This document shows, piece after piece, positions 26,596 to 35,152 of a stretch of DNA of 64,000 bases. Position 1 is the first letter of the stretch. The number at the start of each line of letters is the position of its first letter. The notes beneath the pieces were generated by a model. The model did no database searches, was not told where the DNA came from, and worked only from the letters and a program-made list of their open reading frames with translations. The DNA is taken from positions 68,337-132,336 of the IMG/VR virus record IMGVR_UViG_3300006467_000563, one strand, 5' to 3'. The position numbers were made by a program, and so were the translations under genes. The DNA is from a virus. Lineage: Duplodnaviria > Heunggongvirae > Uroviricota > Caudoviricetes.

Positions 26596-27066
26596 ATGAT
26601 TATTGCCGGAACTGGGCATAGACCCAAATTTTGCCCATGTAAATACAAAGAGAATCATCCGTGGCTACTTGACTTGAAAGACCGTCTTGCTTTGTCCATG
26701 CTTGCTAATAAGGTAACACACGTAATTAGCGGAATGGCTATAGGATGGGACACGTGGCTGGCTCAAGTAGCCTTAGAACTTGAAGTTCCAGTATGGGCAT
26801 ATGTCCCATTCAAAGGGCAAGGTGGTAACTGGCCAAGCTCTTCTCGTAAGGAATATGAACGTATTTTAGCAAACAGTGAGATTGTCACATTCTTAGCCGA
26901 CGAATACGATAAAGATGTATTTCTAGCTCGTGACCGTGCTATGGTATTGGACTGCGATGAAGTTTTTTCACTTCTGAATCCAGAAGCTAAAAGTGGTGGG
27001 ACTTACTATACGGTTCAATACGCCAAAAAACAAGATAGACCGATTACAAATTTTTGGAGAGATTAG
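26596..27066 (+). CDS. SLOG superfamily (YspA/DUF1273-like) protein
   Basis: AGTGHRP, ISGMAIGWD, YVPFKGQ, RDRAMV, SGGTYYTVQYA. Confidence 0.85.
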   Translation: MIIAGTGHRPKFCPCKYKENHPWLLDLKDRLALSMLANKVTHVISGMAIGWDTWLAQVALELEVPVWAYVPFKGQGGNWPSSSRKEYERILANSEIVTFLADEYDKDVFLARDRAMVLDCDEVFSLLNPEAKSGGTYYTVQYAKKQDRPITNFWRD

Positions 27067-27263
27067 TGGAAGACGATTTAAACCATATTATGCTGTATGA
27101 CAAAGATAATAAGCCATCCCTCATGGTATGTCTAACAGATAAAGGGATAGCAGCAAAAAAAGAGGGACTGGAACTAACAGATGAAAATGGCGAATGGAAC
27201 TACGAATACGTCGCTGGATTTATTGATTATAAAGTAATTACAGACTGTTTTTTAGGAGACTGA
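27066..27263 (+). CDS. Hypothetical protein
   Basis: GTG overlapping the upstream stop; GGAGA SD. Confidence 0.5.
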   Translation: MEDDLNHIMLYDKDNKPSLMVCLTDKGIAAKKEGLELTDENGEWNYEYVAGFIDYKVITDCFLGD

Positions 27264-27264
27264 A

Positions 27265-27525
27265 ATGACTGTTGAAGAACTATTGATTAAATGTCAAACA
27301 TTGGTTGACGCTGGTATGGGTAAATGCAAAGTTGTCAAATCAAGTGACGACGAAGGCAACAGCTTTCATTATATCAACGGGATTGGTAAAGACTACTTAC
27401 ATCCTTGGCAAAACAGCTACGGAGTTGAGCTTATTTGCGAAGAAACGATGGAAGATTGGATTCAAGAATGCAAAGATGACGGAACAACTCCTCCTGATTT
27501 TAAAGAGGTAGCATGCATTTGGTAA
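27265..27525 (+). CDS. Hypothetical protein
   Basis: AGGAG SD; SSDDEGNSF motif common in small phage proteins. Confidence 0.65.
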   Translation: MTVEELLIKCQTLVDAGMGKCKVVKSSDDEGNSFHYINGIGKDYLHPWQNSYGVELICEETMEDWIQECKDDGTTPPDFKEVACIW

Positions 27526-27580
27526 TTTTTGTCAAAAACTAACAAATAGTATTGAAATTGTTAGGATGAATAAGTCAAAA

Positions 27581-27604
27581 TGAGCTATAATAATATAGCT
27601 TCAT
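27581..27604 (+). promoter_or_regulatory. -10 box (TATAAT) embedded in the palindrome AGCTATA-ataa-TATAGCT
   Basis: Intergenic, ahead of the second glycosyltransferase block; no clear -35. Confidence 0.4.
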
Positions 27605-27627
27605 AATCTATTTATACAAGGAAAGTA

Positions 27628-28434
27628 ATGATAAACCACGACCTATTACCAAAAATTGAAGATAATCCAGACGCAAAACCAAGCACGTCATGTAAAAAAT
27701 GTGTGTTCAGTATCCAAGATAGCAATACGCAAATTGGATGTAGATACGATAATCGTATTAGTAAGTTCATGGACAAAGAAGATGTTGATGTGTATTCATT
27801 GACAGAAGATGGTCAAACATTCTGTGTTCTGACGACTATGTGTACAGCTTGTACGCAAAAGGTCCCAGATGGGGAAGATGATGTAAATTTTGTACGTGGG
27901 CATCTCCAAAAACAGTTAAATCTGATTATTGAAATGACATCAGAAACATCTGAGAAAGAGTTGGTTCATACATACGAAACCGCCATTAATCAACAAATAC
28001 CACCAGAGAGAATTGTTATTTCATATTGCAATCGCAACAGTATGAATCCACAAGATGTGTTCATGGCATTGTCTCAATCATCACTTGAAAGAAAAGGAAT
28101 TCGTTTTGTTATTGTACAAAGTATTAATGGGACTTCTTTTGACGAGCATATGCTCGCATGTGTTAATAAGTGTACCAGCCCCTATTTTACGACATTCATT
28201 GCAGGAGAGACAATTCCATACAATCTTGGAGAGACAGTAGACCAATTGGTAAACTACCAACTTGCTCAATTTATCGCAATTAAAGCTCCAAAGTCTTCTG
28301 GTAATGTATGTTTAACTAAGCTGTTCAAAAAAGCAATGAGAGTTAATCGAGTAGAAGACGGTAAATATGACTATTACAAAGCATTAAATATGCTGACAGG
28401 ATATAAGGATGGGGTATTACAGTGGAACGTATGA
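27628..28434 (+). CDS. Cys-rich N-terminus plus degenerate GT-A-like domain
   Basis: CKKC...C...C..CTAC; TYETAINQQIPPERIVIS resembles the GT2 N-terminus but there is no DxD. Confidence 0.5.
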   Translation: MINHDLLPKIEDNPDAKPSTSCKKCVFSIQDSNTQIGCRYDNRISKFMDKEDVDVYSLTEDGQTFCVLTTMCTACTQKVPDGEDDVNFVRGHLQKQLNLIIEMTSETSEKELVHTYETAINQQIPPERIVISYCNRNSMNPQDVFMALSQSSLERKGIRFVIVQSINGTSFDEHMLACVNKCTSPYFTTFIAGETIPYNLGETVDQLVNYQLAQFIAIKAPKSSGNVCLTKLFKKAMRVNRVEDGKYDYYKALNMLTGYKDGVLQWNV

Positions 28435-29177
28435 AATCGGTCGGAGTGATTATTCCTTGTCATAATTATGGCAACTATATTGGTGGAGCATTAAAAAGTG
28501 TACTTGACCAAGATTATATTGGTGATATTCATACAATCGTTGTAAATGATGGCTCAAAGGATAACACATTTGAAGTTGTTGATTTGTATAAGCCGTGTTT
28601 TGAAGATAACAGAACACTTGATTACTATGAGCTGCCAAATCCAACTGGACCAAGTAATGCACGTAATGTCGCGTTGAATGCTTTATTCCAACAATATGAT
28701 GTGGACTTAATAGCATTTTTGGATGCAGATGATAAAATGACTAATGACAAGTTAAGCAGACTTGTCCCTGTTTTTGATGATGGTGCAATCGGGTCAGTCT
28801 ACGCGGACTATTATCATGTTTATTCGGATGGAACGTATGCTATTGAATTGAAAGAGATTTTTGACAGAGAAAGGTTTATTGTCGAAAATATCGGGCCAAA
28901 TAATACAAGTTTAGTAACTAAAGAGGCTTTACTAGCAATTCAGGATTCATATGGATTCTTCGACCCATCTTTGAGAACATGCGAAGACTATGACCTGTTC
29001 TTACGAATTTCAGAAAAGTACCCTATCAAGCATGTAGCTGAGCCTCTGACTTATATTCGTGTACATGATAACAATTCTACAAATACAGTCAATAAGAAAA
29101 TCTGGCAAGCAAATCGCATGCGTGTAAATCAAAAGATAAAGGAGAGAATGGATGAGCGACTTAATCAACATCAATGA
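28422..29177 (+). CDS. GT2 glycosyltransferase
   Basis: VIIPCHNYG, VVNDGSKD, GPSNARN, FLDADD, CEDYDL, YIRVHDNN. Confidence 0.92.
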   Translation: MERMKSVGVIIPCHNYGNYIGGALKSVLDQDYIGDIHTIVVNDGSKDNTFEVVDLYKPCFEDNRTLDYYELPNPTGPSNARNVALNALFQQYDVDLIAFLDADDKMTNDKLSRLVPVFDDGAIGSVYADYYHVYSDGTYAIELKEIFDRERFIVENIGPNNTSLVTKEALLAIQDSYGFFDPSLRTCEDYDLFLRISEKYPIKHVAEPLTYIRVHDNNSTNTVNKKIWQANRMRVNQKIKERMDERLNQHQ

Positions 29178-29808
29178 TGTCTTTCCTAACAAGCTGTGTA
29201 TTAGCTTAGAATCCAGACAAGATAGAAGAGATGCTACAACTGCAGAACTTGGGAAATATGGAATCGATTTTGAATTCTACGATGCTAAACCTCCAATTTC
29301 TGACAGAGTCAGAGAAATTTATAACACCAGACTCCTACCCGGAGAAACTGGTGCCTTTGAATCACATTACGATGCTTTAAATAAAGCAGAAATGTTGGAA
29401 TGGGAGTCTGTTTTAATTCTAGAAGATGACGTAGAGTTAACCCCAAATTTCGATGTAAAATTTGATGAAGCCATTCGCAAAGTCCCTGACAACTGGGACA
29501 TGATTTATTTTGGTGGCAACCATGAATCAGAACCGCAAGTTCTGGGAAATGGTTTGCTGAAATGCACAGAAACATACGCGATTCATATGGTTGCAATACG
29601 AAACACTGTATATGAAATGCTCAAAATCACCTGTCAAATGAATCAATATGCCTTTCCGGTGGACTTTCTGTACGCCACGATTCATTGCCATAGGAACGTG
29701 TATGCTTTTTCTCCTGCATTAGCTTTCCAGCGTATCGACTATTCAGATATCCAAGGAGAGGTAGTAGATTATACTATTTTAAGAAAGGGGCACAATGCCG
29801 AGAAGTGA
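29152..29808 (+). CDS. GT25 glycosyltransferase
   Basis: ISLESRQDRR, GETGAFESH, LILEDDV, IYFGG, PVDFLY. Confidence 0.88.
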   Translation: MSDLININDVFPNKLCISLESRQDRRDATTAELGKYGIDFEFYDAKPPISDRVREIYNTRLLPGETGAFESHYDALNKAEMLEWESVLILEDDVELTPNFDVKFDEAIRKVPDNWDMIYFGGNHESEPQVLGNGLLKCTETYAIHMVAIRNTVYEMLKITCQMNQYAFPVDFLYATIHCHRNVYAFSPALAFQRIDYSDIQGEVVDYTILRKGHNAEK

Positions 29809-30508
29809 CAATGGTTGCAGACCAGCAAGAAAAAAAGAGGTGCCCTCAGATATCACAGTAGTTTTACTAGCAGGTAATCCCGGATGGCGTATGAAGTCTT
29901 ATGGGCCACAATGTTTACAGAAGTTATCTACGGGGCAAACTCTATTAGACAAACAGGTAAGCAGTATTCGTGCTGTTTTACCTGAATCTGAAATTATCAT
30001 CACATGCAAAGATTATCTCACAAAGATACTGAACAATAAGCCATATGACGTTCGTGTCGTACAGTCACAGATTGAAGACTCGAATGAGGTTGAAGAAATA
30101 CGGCTCGCGTTGAATAATACAATAACTGACAATGTATTATTTGTATGCAGTGACATGTACTTTGACCGTAATATATTTAATAGTGTTGATTTCAATGAAT
30201 CTTTTGTTCTATATGAAACTAACAATATGATGGCCAGCGACTCTGTTGGTGTAACTATTGTCAACGGTAAGGCCAGTATCATGTCTTATGGCATCGATAA
30301 TAAGTGGGCAAGAATCTTTTACGTAAATCAACGTGGAAAAGTATCACTAAATCATTATTGTAAGAACGAACAGAATCAAAAAATGTTTGCTTGGGAAGCT
30401 GTAAACTACGTTGTAGATAAATCATCAGTATTTGCCTATAGAACTGACTCTAATTTATACTGTGTTGAAAACACAAATGACATAAGAAAATTGAAGGGAA
30501 TGAAATAA
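29795..30508 (+). CDS. Sugar-phosphate nucleotidyltransferase-like protein (LicC/GlmU-N fold), degenerate
   Basis: VVLLAGNPGWRMKSYGPQCL aligns with LAAGxGxRxxxxxPKxL; VCSDMYF. Confidence 0.7.
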   Translation: MPRSDNGCRPARKKEVPSDITVVLLAGNPGWRMKSYGPQCLQKLSTGQTLLDKQVSSIRAVLPESEIIITCKDYLTKILNNKPYDVRVVQSQIEDSNEVEEIRLALNNTITDNVLFVCSDMYFDRNIFNSVDFNESFVLYETNNMMASDSVGVTIVNGKASIMSYGIDNKWARIFYVNQRGKVSLNHYCKNEQNQKMFAWEAVNYVVDKSSVFAYRTDSNLYCVENTNDIRKLKGMK

Positions 30509-31347
30509 TGCCGGGGATTGTAGTAGCACTAGAGCCGGATATCGAGGTTACTCGCCATCATGTGAGTATGGTATTACCGTTTACACTGGTCGGATTTACC
30601 GCACATAAGTGGGACACTAAAATGGTGTCTGCATATGATATGATGGATGCCGTAGATGCTAAATTGGTTGTCTGCAGCCATGAAGAGTATCATAAGAATC
30701 TTGGTTTACAGCAATACATCGCAAAAAATGGCCTGCCTTGTCTAATGAGATATGAAGCAGAAGGTGATGCTTTCGGTGGTGCTGGTGGTAATTGTATTAC
30801 TTATACACGCTATCCAAATACAGAATTCAAAGAAATATTACCTTCATGTGCCGATATTTTCAACTACAAGCCAGTTGGCGAGTTGGATAAGACCCCATCA
30901 TATGAAATCTCAATTAAAAACTACGTCAATCCAAGATTTTTTAGAACAAAAATTGGAGAAAATGAAAAGTTAAATGGTTTCAAAATGTTTAGAGGCTATA
31001 ATGTTAGAAACGAATATAATTTTGGTGATATGCCAGATGCTGACTTATGTCCGTTAATTCATCAAGCTAGATATGGTGTGTCACTGTATGTAGATGGGGA
31101 AAGCTGTATCACCTCTGACGTTTTCAATATTCTTCACTGCGGGGTTCCATGTCAGTGTTTGAGCGATACAGAAGAACATATGAGAAAGTTAATTGAGGAC
31201 ACTTTCGGACAAGATACTACCCAATTATTGATGAAATGTGACCTGCCTAAAAAATACACAAACTTCGACCGTGCCATCACAATCAGTAAACTCTTTAACT
31301 TAGGCGTAGAAAAGGACTTACGGAATGAATCGGTCAAGTATAAGTGA
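30508..31347 (+). CDS. Hypothetical protein, possible degenerate GT-B fold
   Basis: LPSCADIFNYKP, SDVFNILHCGVPC resemble GT-B/CgeB-like segments. Confidence 0.45.
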   Translation: MPGIVVALEPDIEVTRHHVSMVLPFTLVGFTAHKWDTKMVSAYDMMDAVDAKLVVCSHEEYHKNLGLQQYIAKNGLPCLMRYEAEGDAFGGAGGNCITYTRYPNTEFKEILPSCADIFNYKPVGELDKTPSYEISIKNYVNPRFFRTKIGENEKLNGFKMFRGYNVRNEYNFGDMPDADLCPLIHQARYGVSLYVDGESCITSDVFNILHCGVPCQCLSDTEEHMRKLIEDTFGQDTTQLLMKCDLPKKYTNFDRAITISKLFNLGVEKDLRNESVKYK

Positions 31348-32242
31348 TTATGATAAGTTCAAAAATGCTGTATATGAAGCAGCTACTAATGGATGTAAAT
31401 TTAGGAATTTTCTAAAACATCCAGCTATTCTGGAAATTTTCGGACATTATAAATACGAAAATGCTCTAAAAATCTGGGACGAGATGAGAGAGGAAATTTT
31501 AACTTCCCCTTATTTTCCAGACAATCAAGATAACGGTACATTTTTTAGCAGAAAAGAGCAAGAGGAATGTGGAATCCATACTCCCAGTCAGGCTAAATAT
31601 TTTCTTCTGCCAGAATACGATAAACTGGATTCTTTTGCTACTGATGATAGATACTTCGAATTCCAATCATTTTTACTAGAATTTATTCGTGTCGCCCATG
31701 ATATGAAGAAAAGTCTCGATATCGAGAACTTGTTCAATTATCAGATTGTGGAGCTTGGTGTCGGTTTTCTAGGACAATATCTTACTTTAAATGGCGATTA
31801 TCAGCAATATTACCTGATTGATTTACCAGAAGTATTGCTACTTGCAGAGAAGATTATTAAGAAAAAATGTCTCTGGGAGAACGACGCCACAATTGGCAGC
31901 TATATGTACAATTGGAGAAGTACCTCTAGCATCTCCACATTTGACCTAGAACGCTATCCTTTTAAAAGTCGAGGTTTAGACCATAATGGTATTTTTTTAA
32001 GCTCACACGCGTTCTCAGAGCTTACTACAGAGCATCAAGACGTTGTTTACGACAAAGTAATCCGTCATTGCAGATATGGATACCTTTTGATGAATCAAAT
32101 TAGTCACTTACATGGGGTTAATTCTTACTCTATGAGTGAAAACATTGAGAAATTAGAAGGTCTTGGAAAAACAGTCAAAGTGCATGAGGAATGGCCTTTG
32201 ACATTCAAAGGAAACCACGTAATTACTTGGATGGCAGAATGA
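31325..32242 (+). CDS. Putative sugar O-methyltransferase (SAM-dependent)
   Basis: IVELGVGFLG motif I, YYLIDLPEVL, FLSSHAFSEL...YDKVIRHCRYGYL. Confidence 0.75.
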   Translation: MNRSSISDYDKFKNAVYEAATNGCKFRNFLKHPAILEIFGHYKYENALKIWDEMREEILTSPYFPDNQDNGTFFSRKEQEECGIHTPSQAKYFLLPEYDKLDSFATDDRYFEFQSFLLEFIRVAHDMKKSLDIENLFNYQIVELGVGFLGQYLTLNGDYQQYYLIDLPEVLLLAEKIIKKKCLWENDATIGSYMYNWRSTSSISTFDLERYPFKSRGLDHNGIFLSSHAFSELTTEHQDVVYDKVIRHCRYGYLLMNQISHLHGVNSYSMSENIEKLEGLGKTVKVHEEWPLTFKGNHVITWMAE

Positions 32243-32451
32243 AAAGAAGACACACACCTCTGAAACAAGAAAACAAGGCAGTACCGGCCCTAATGGACAT
32301 GAGAATGGATTTTTTAATGGGTGGGTTGGAATGGGATGAGGAAGAAGGAAAAGTGTTACGGGCACTGATGATTCAGATTGATAATCTGCATCCAGAGCTT
32401 AAGGAATATGTATTAGACTCATTTAAGGAAAAAGAAGATGGACAGACGTAA
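32239..32451 (+). CDS. Hypothetical protein
   Basis: ATGA-coupled to the methyltransferase. Confidence 0.55.
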   Translation: MKRRHTPLKQENKAVPALMDMRMDFLMGGLEWDEEEGKVLRALMIQIDNLHPELKEYVLDSFKEKEDGQT

Positions 32452-32614
32452 TTTTTTTAAAATTTTAGGACTTGGTACTGCAATCGCTGCTGGTAAGAAA
32501 CTGGAAGGTAAAATACCAGAAGAGATTGTAGAACCAACAAAAGATGTATTAGACAAACGTGTGAAGCCACAAACTTTTACAGCAAGTGGCTCACCGATTA
32601 GTTTTTCAGGATAG
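32438..32614 (+). CDS. 58-aa protein with twin-arginine (Tat) signal-like N-terminus (not in the ORF track)
   Basis: MDRRNFFKILGLGTAIAAG...; AAGGA SD; fills the gap exactly. Confidence 0.7.
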   Translation: MDRRNFFKILGLGTAIAAGKKLEGKIPEEIVEPTKDVLDKRVKPQTFTASGSPISFSG

Positions 32615-32622
32615 GAGATAAA

Positions 32623-33243
32623 ATGAAAGATAGAGATATCGCACTAGGTTATGCAGAAGTAAAAAATGATGAGCTGTTGAAAAACAGGTATAAAGACGGT
32701 TACAAACGGATGGCAGAAGTAGTCAAAGATAATATCGGTGCTGTAATCGCATTGAATGGCCGCTTTGGCATAAACTCTATGTTGAAGCAGTACTTGAAGT
32801 GTTACCATTACGACGCTGTTGTTCTAAATGGCACACACCAAAAATATTTCTTCAATGTGTGTAAAGAAGACTTAGAGGTAGATGGTTTTTATACATATCG
32901 GCCTGATATTGCAGCTTATGATACTGTATTGGTTGATTCATCTGACATTAGTGAAGAAGAATATGTTAGTCTGATTAATCAAGTTAATGATGAACAAAAC
33001 CTGATTACAATTTACGATGGTGTCCTAGCATTCTCACCACCAGATGGTAATGGGAACCATATTCCTGTATTCGAGCTTGACTTATTCCTAATTCGTGGTC
33101 AACGTGAAAACGATTTTATCATGGATGAATTCAGTCCTGAAACTGAAGAGCTGCTTGAGAAAGGACTGGAAGACGCTAAGAATGGGAATCTTACTGAAGG
33201 ACCAGACCTTGAGTCTGATTTAGGTGATGGGGATGAAGAGTGA
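32623..33243 (+). CDS. Hypothetical protein
   Basis: AGGAG SD; 206 aa. Confidence 0.65.
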   Translation: MKDRDIALGYAEVKNDELLKNRYKDGYKRMAEVVKDNIGAVIALNGRFGINSMLKQYLKCYHYDAVVLNGTHQKYFFNVCKEDLEVDGFYTYRPDIAAYDTVLVDSSDISEEEYVSLINQVNDEQNLITIYDGVLAFSPPDGNGNHIPVFELDLFLIRGQRENDFIMDEFSPETEELLEKGLEDAKNGNLTEGPDLESDLGDGDEE

Positions 33244-33880
33244 TTACAAAACAGTAGTTATTATATCCGGGCTTCCCGGCTCAGGCAAATCAACAATTAA
33301 GCGTGATTTGGTTGAGTCGATGCTCACCCATAGATACAGCGTACAAGTAATTTCACATGACAATTACTTTATGGAAAATGGTGAGTATAAATTCACAGAA
33401 GAAAAATACTCTGCTGCCAGACCTGAATGTAAAACAGATTTCGATGAAGCTGTAGATAAAGGTATCAACTGTATCATAATTGACAACCCTAATATGGATT
33501 GGGAAGATACAAGATACTACATTAAAAATGGACTAGTTTCTGGATATAATATCCGCTTCAGAGAAAGTGAAACTGAATGGCGGTGGGATGTAGAAGAATG
33601 TGCTAAAAGAAACGTACATGGTGTTCCAGCAGACTGTATCCAATCTAAAAAAGACAGATATATGCCGCGTGTTGTTTTAATTAAGCGTGCGATGTATTTC
33701 TGTGAAAAAAAGGATATTGAGGCAATACCTGTAAAAATTGAAGAAAATAATTACGGAATCTATCTCCCACAAAATAAACCATCCCATTTATGTGTGGATG
33801 ATGAATACAGTGGAGAGAATTTAATTAATTACCTTAATGCTTTGAAAATTGGTATAATTGATTGGGAGGCAATAGAGTGA
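33224..33880 (+). CDS. N4BP2/AAA_33-like P-loop (polynucleotide) kinase
   Basis: SGLPGSGKST, SHDNYF, IIDNPN, CAKRNVHGVP. Confidence 0.8.
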   Translation: MMGMKSDYKTVVIISGLPGSGKSTIKRDLVESMLTHRYSVQVISHDNYFMENGEYKFTEEKYSAARPECKTDFDEAVDKGINCIIIDNPNMDWEDTRYYIKNGLVSGYNIRFRESETEWRWDVEECAKRNVHGVPADCIQSKKDRYMPRVVLIKRAMYFCEKKDIEAIPVKIEENNYGIYLPQNKPSHLCVDDEYSGENLINYLNALKIGIIDWEAIE

Positions 33881-34365
33881 GAGTTGGAGTTTTACTACCA
33901 AGATATAATGACTGTCAATTAGCATATGAGTGTGTGCGTAGTATTAATGCACATATTTATGATAGTGTTGAGGACGATTATATTCTCTTCTACGAAAACA
34001 TCTCAAACTTCCCAGTAGTACCTTTATGTGCTGCAATGACGCCTGACGAGATGTGTATGTTTAATGATGGTATTTTAATCAGCACAAACATGAATAATCT
34101 TGAATCCACAATTAAAACAGTCAATACCTCACAAAAGGTTTTATATTTGGCTGACATTGAGTGGATTAGACCAAATTACAACAGAAACTATAAGCAAAAT
34201 CTAGAATGTCTTGATGGTGTAAAACTAATTGCTAGAAGCGATAGACATGCTCAGATACTTAGAAATTATTGCGACAGGGATGTTTCTGTTATGAGAAATT
34301 TCAATATCCCTGAAATAGTACGACAGGTGAAAAATGTCCAAGAAGAAATATCAGAAACCAATTAG
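33877..34365 (+). CDS. Hypothetical protein resembling an isolated GT-B N-terminal lobe
   Basis: VLYLADIEW...LIARSDRHAQIL...VMRNF; GGGAGG SD, GTG start. Confidence 0.5.
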   Translation: MRVGVLLPRYNDCQLAYECVRSINAHIYDSVEDDYILFYENISNFPVVPLCAAMTPDEMCMFNDGILISTNMNNLESTIKTVNTSQKVLYLADIEWIRPNYNRNYKQNLECLDGVKLIARSDRHAQILRNYCDRDVSVMRNFNIPEIVRQVKNVQEEISETN

Positions 34366-35149
34366 TGAAGCTACAGTCATTAGCTTATATCAAAAAGAAC
34401 ACAGTTTAGCTGAGATAGCGGACAAGTTTAACACTTATCCAAACAAGATTCTTCGTATTCTGAAAAAGAATAACATTCCACGCAGAACAAATAGTGAGTC
34501 TCAAAAAGTTGCCATCGAGCGGGGAAGGAAAGATGCTCCAAATGATGGCTCACCACTAAGCGAAGAAATGAAAAAGGCTATCAGTGACGGTATGGCAAAA
34601 CACTGGGAGGGAGCAAGCGACGAGTTCAGAGAACAACATCGTGAGCGTGCTGCGGAACAGTGGAAGAATATGTCAGCAGAAGAAAAAGAAGAGCTGCAAC
34701 GAAAAGCCAGAAAAGGAATCCTTGAGGCTTCTAAGAACGGTAGCAAATTAGAGGTAGATATCCGTAAGTTTCTAACACAGAATGATATCTTATTCTACAG
34801 AAATAGAAAAGGTGTATTGTCTAATGCGGAAATGGAAATTGACGTATTTATTCCTGCCTATAACATTGCTCTTGAAGTCGATGGTATTTATCACCAACAG
34901 GCAATCCATGACCAAGCTAGTTTCGAGAGACGCAAGCAGGCCGACCGTGAAAAAAACGCTATGGCAATCAGAGAAGGACTCTGGGTAATCCGTGTCCGTG
35001 TTCTCCGTAAGAATATTTCAAAAAAGAATCACCGTGATGTGTGCGATGCACTGCTTGCAGTAATCGAAGATATCAACGGCAAGAAGAAAAAGAAAATTAT
35101 CAACATCGATATCACAGAAGATGGTATTGTAGTAAACGACGAAAGGTAA
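34334..35149 (+). CDS. HTH + helical-repeat + Vsr/DUF559-like endonuclease (homing-endonuclease-like)
   Basis: SLAEIADKFNTYPNKI HTH; SEEMKKAIS NUMOD3-like segment; EIDVFIP..NIALEVDGIYH. Confidence 0.7.
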   Translation: MSKKKYQKPISEATVISLYQKEHSLAEIADKFNTYPNKILRILKKNNIPRRTNSESQKVAIERGRKDAPNDGSPLSEEMKKAISDGMAKHWEGASDEFREQHRERAAEQWKNMSAEEKEELQRKARKGILEASKNGSKLEVDIRKFLTQNDILFYRNRKGVLSNAEMEIDVFIPAYNIALEVDGIYHQQAIHDQASFERRKQADREKNAMAIREGLWVIRVRVLRKNISKKNHRDVCDALLAVIEDINGKKKKKIINIDITEDGIVVNDER

Positions 35150-35152
35150 GTA

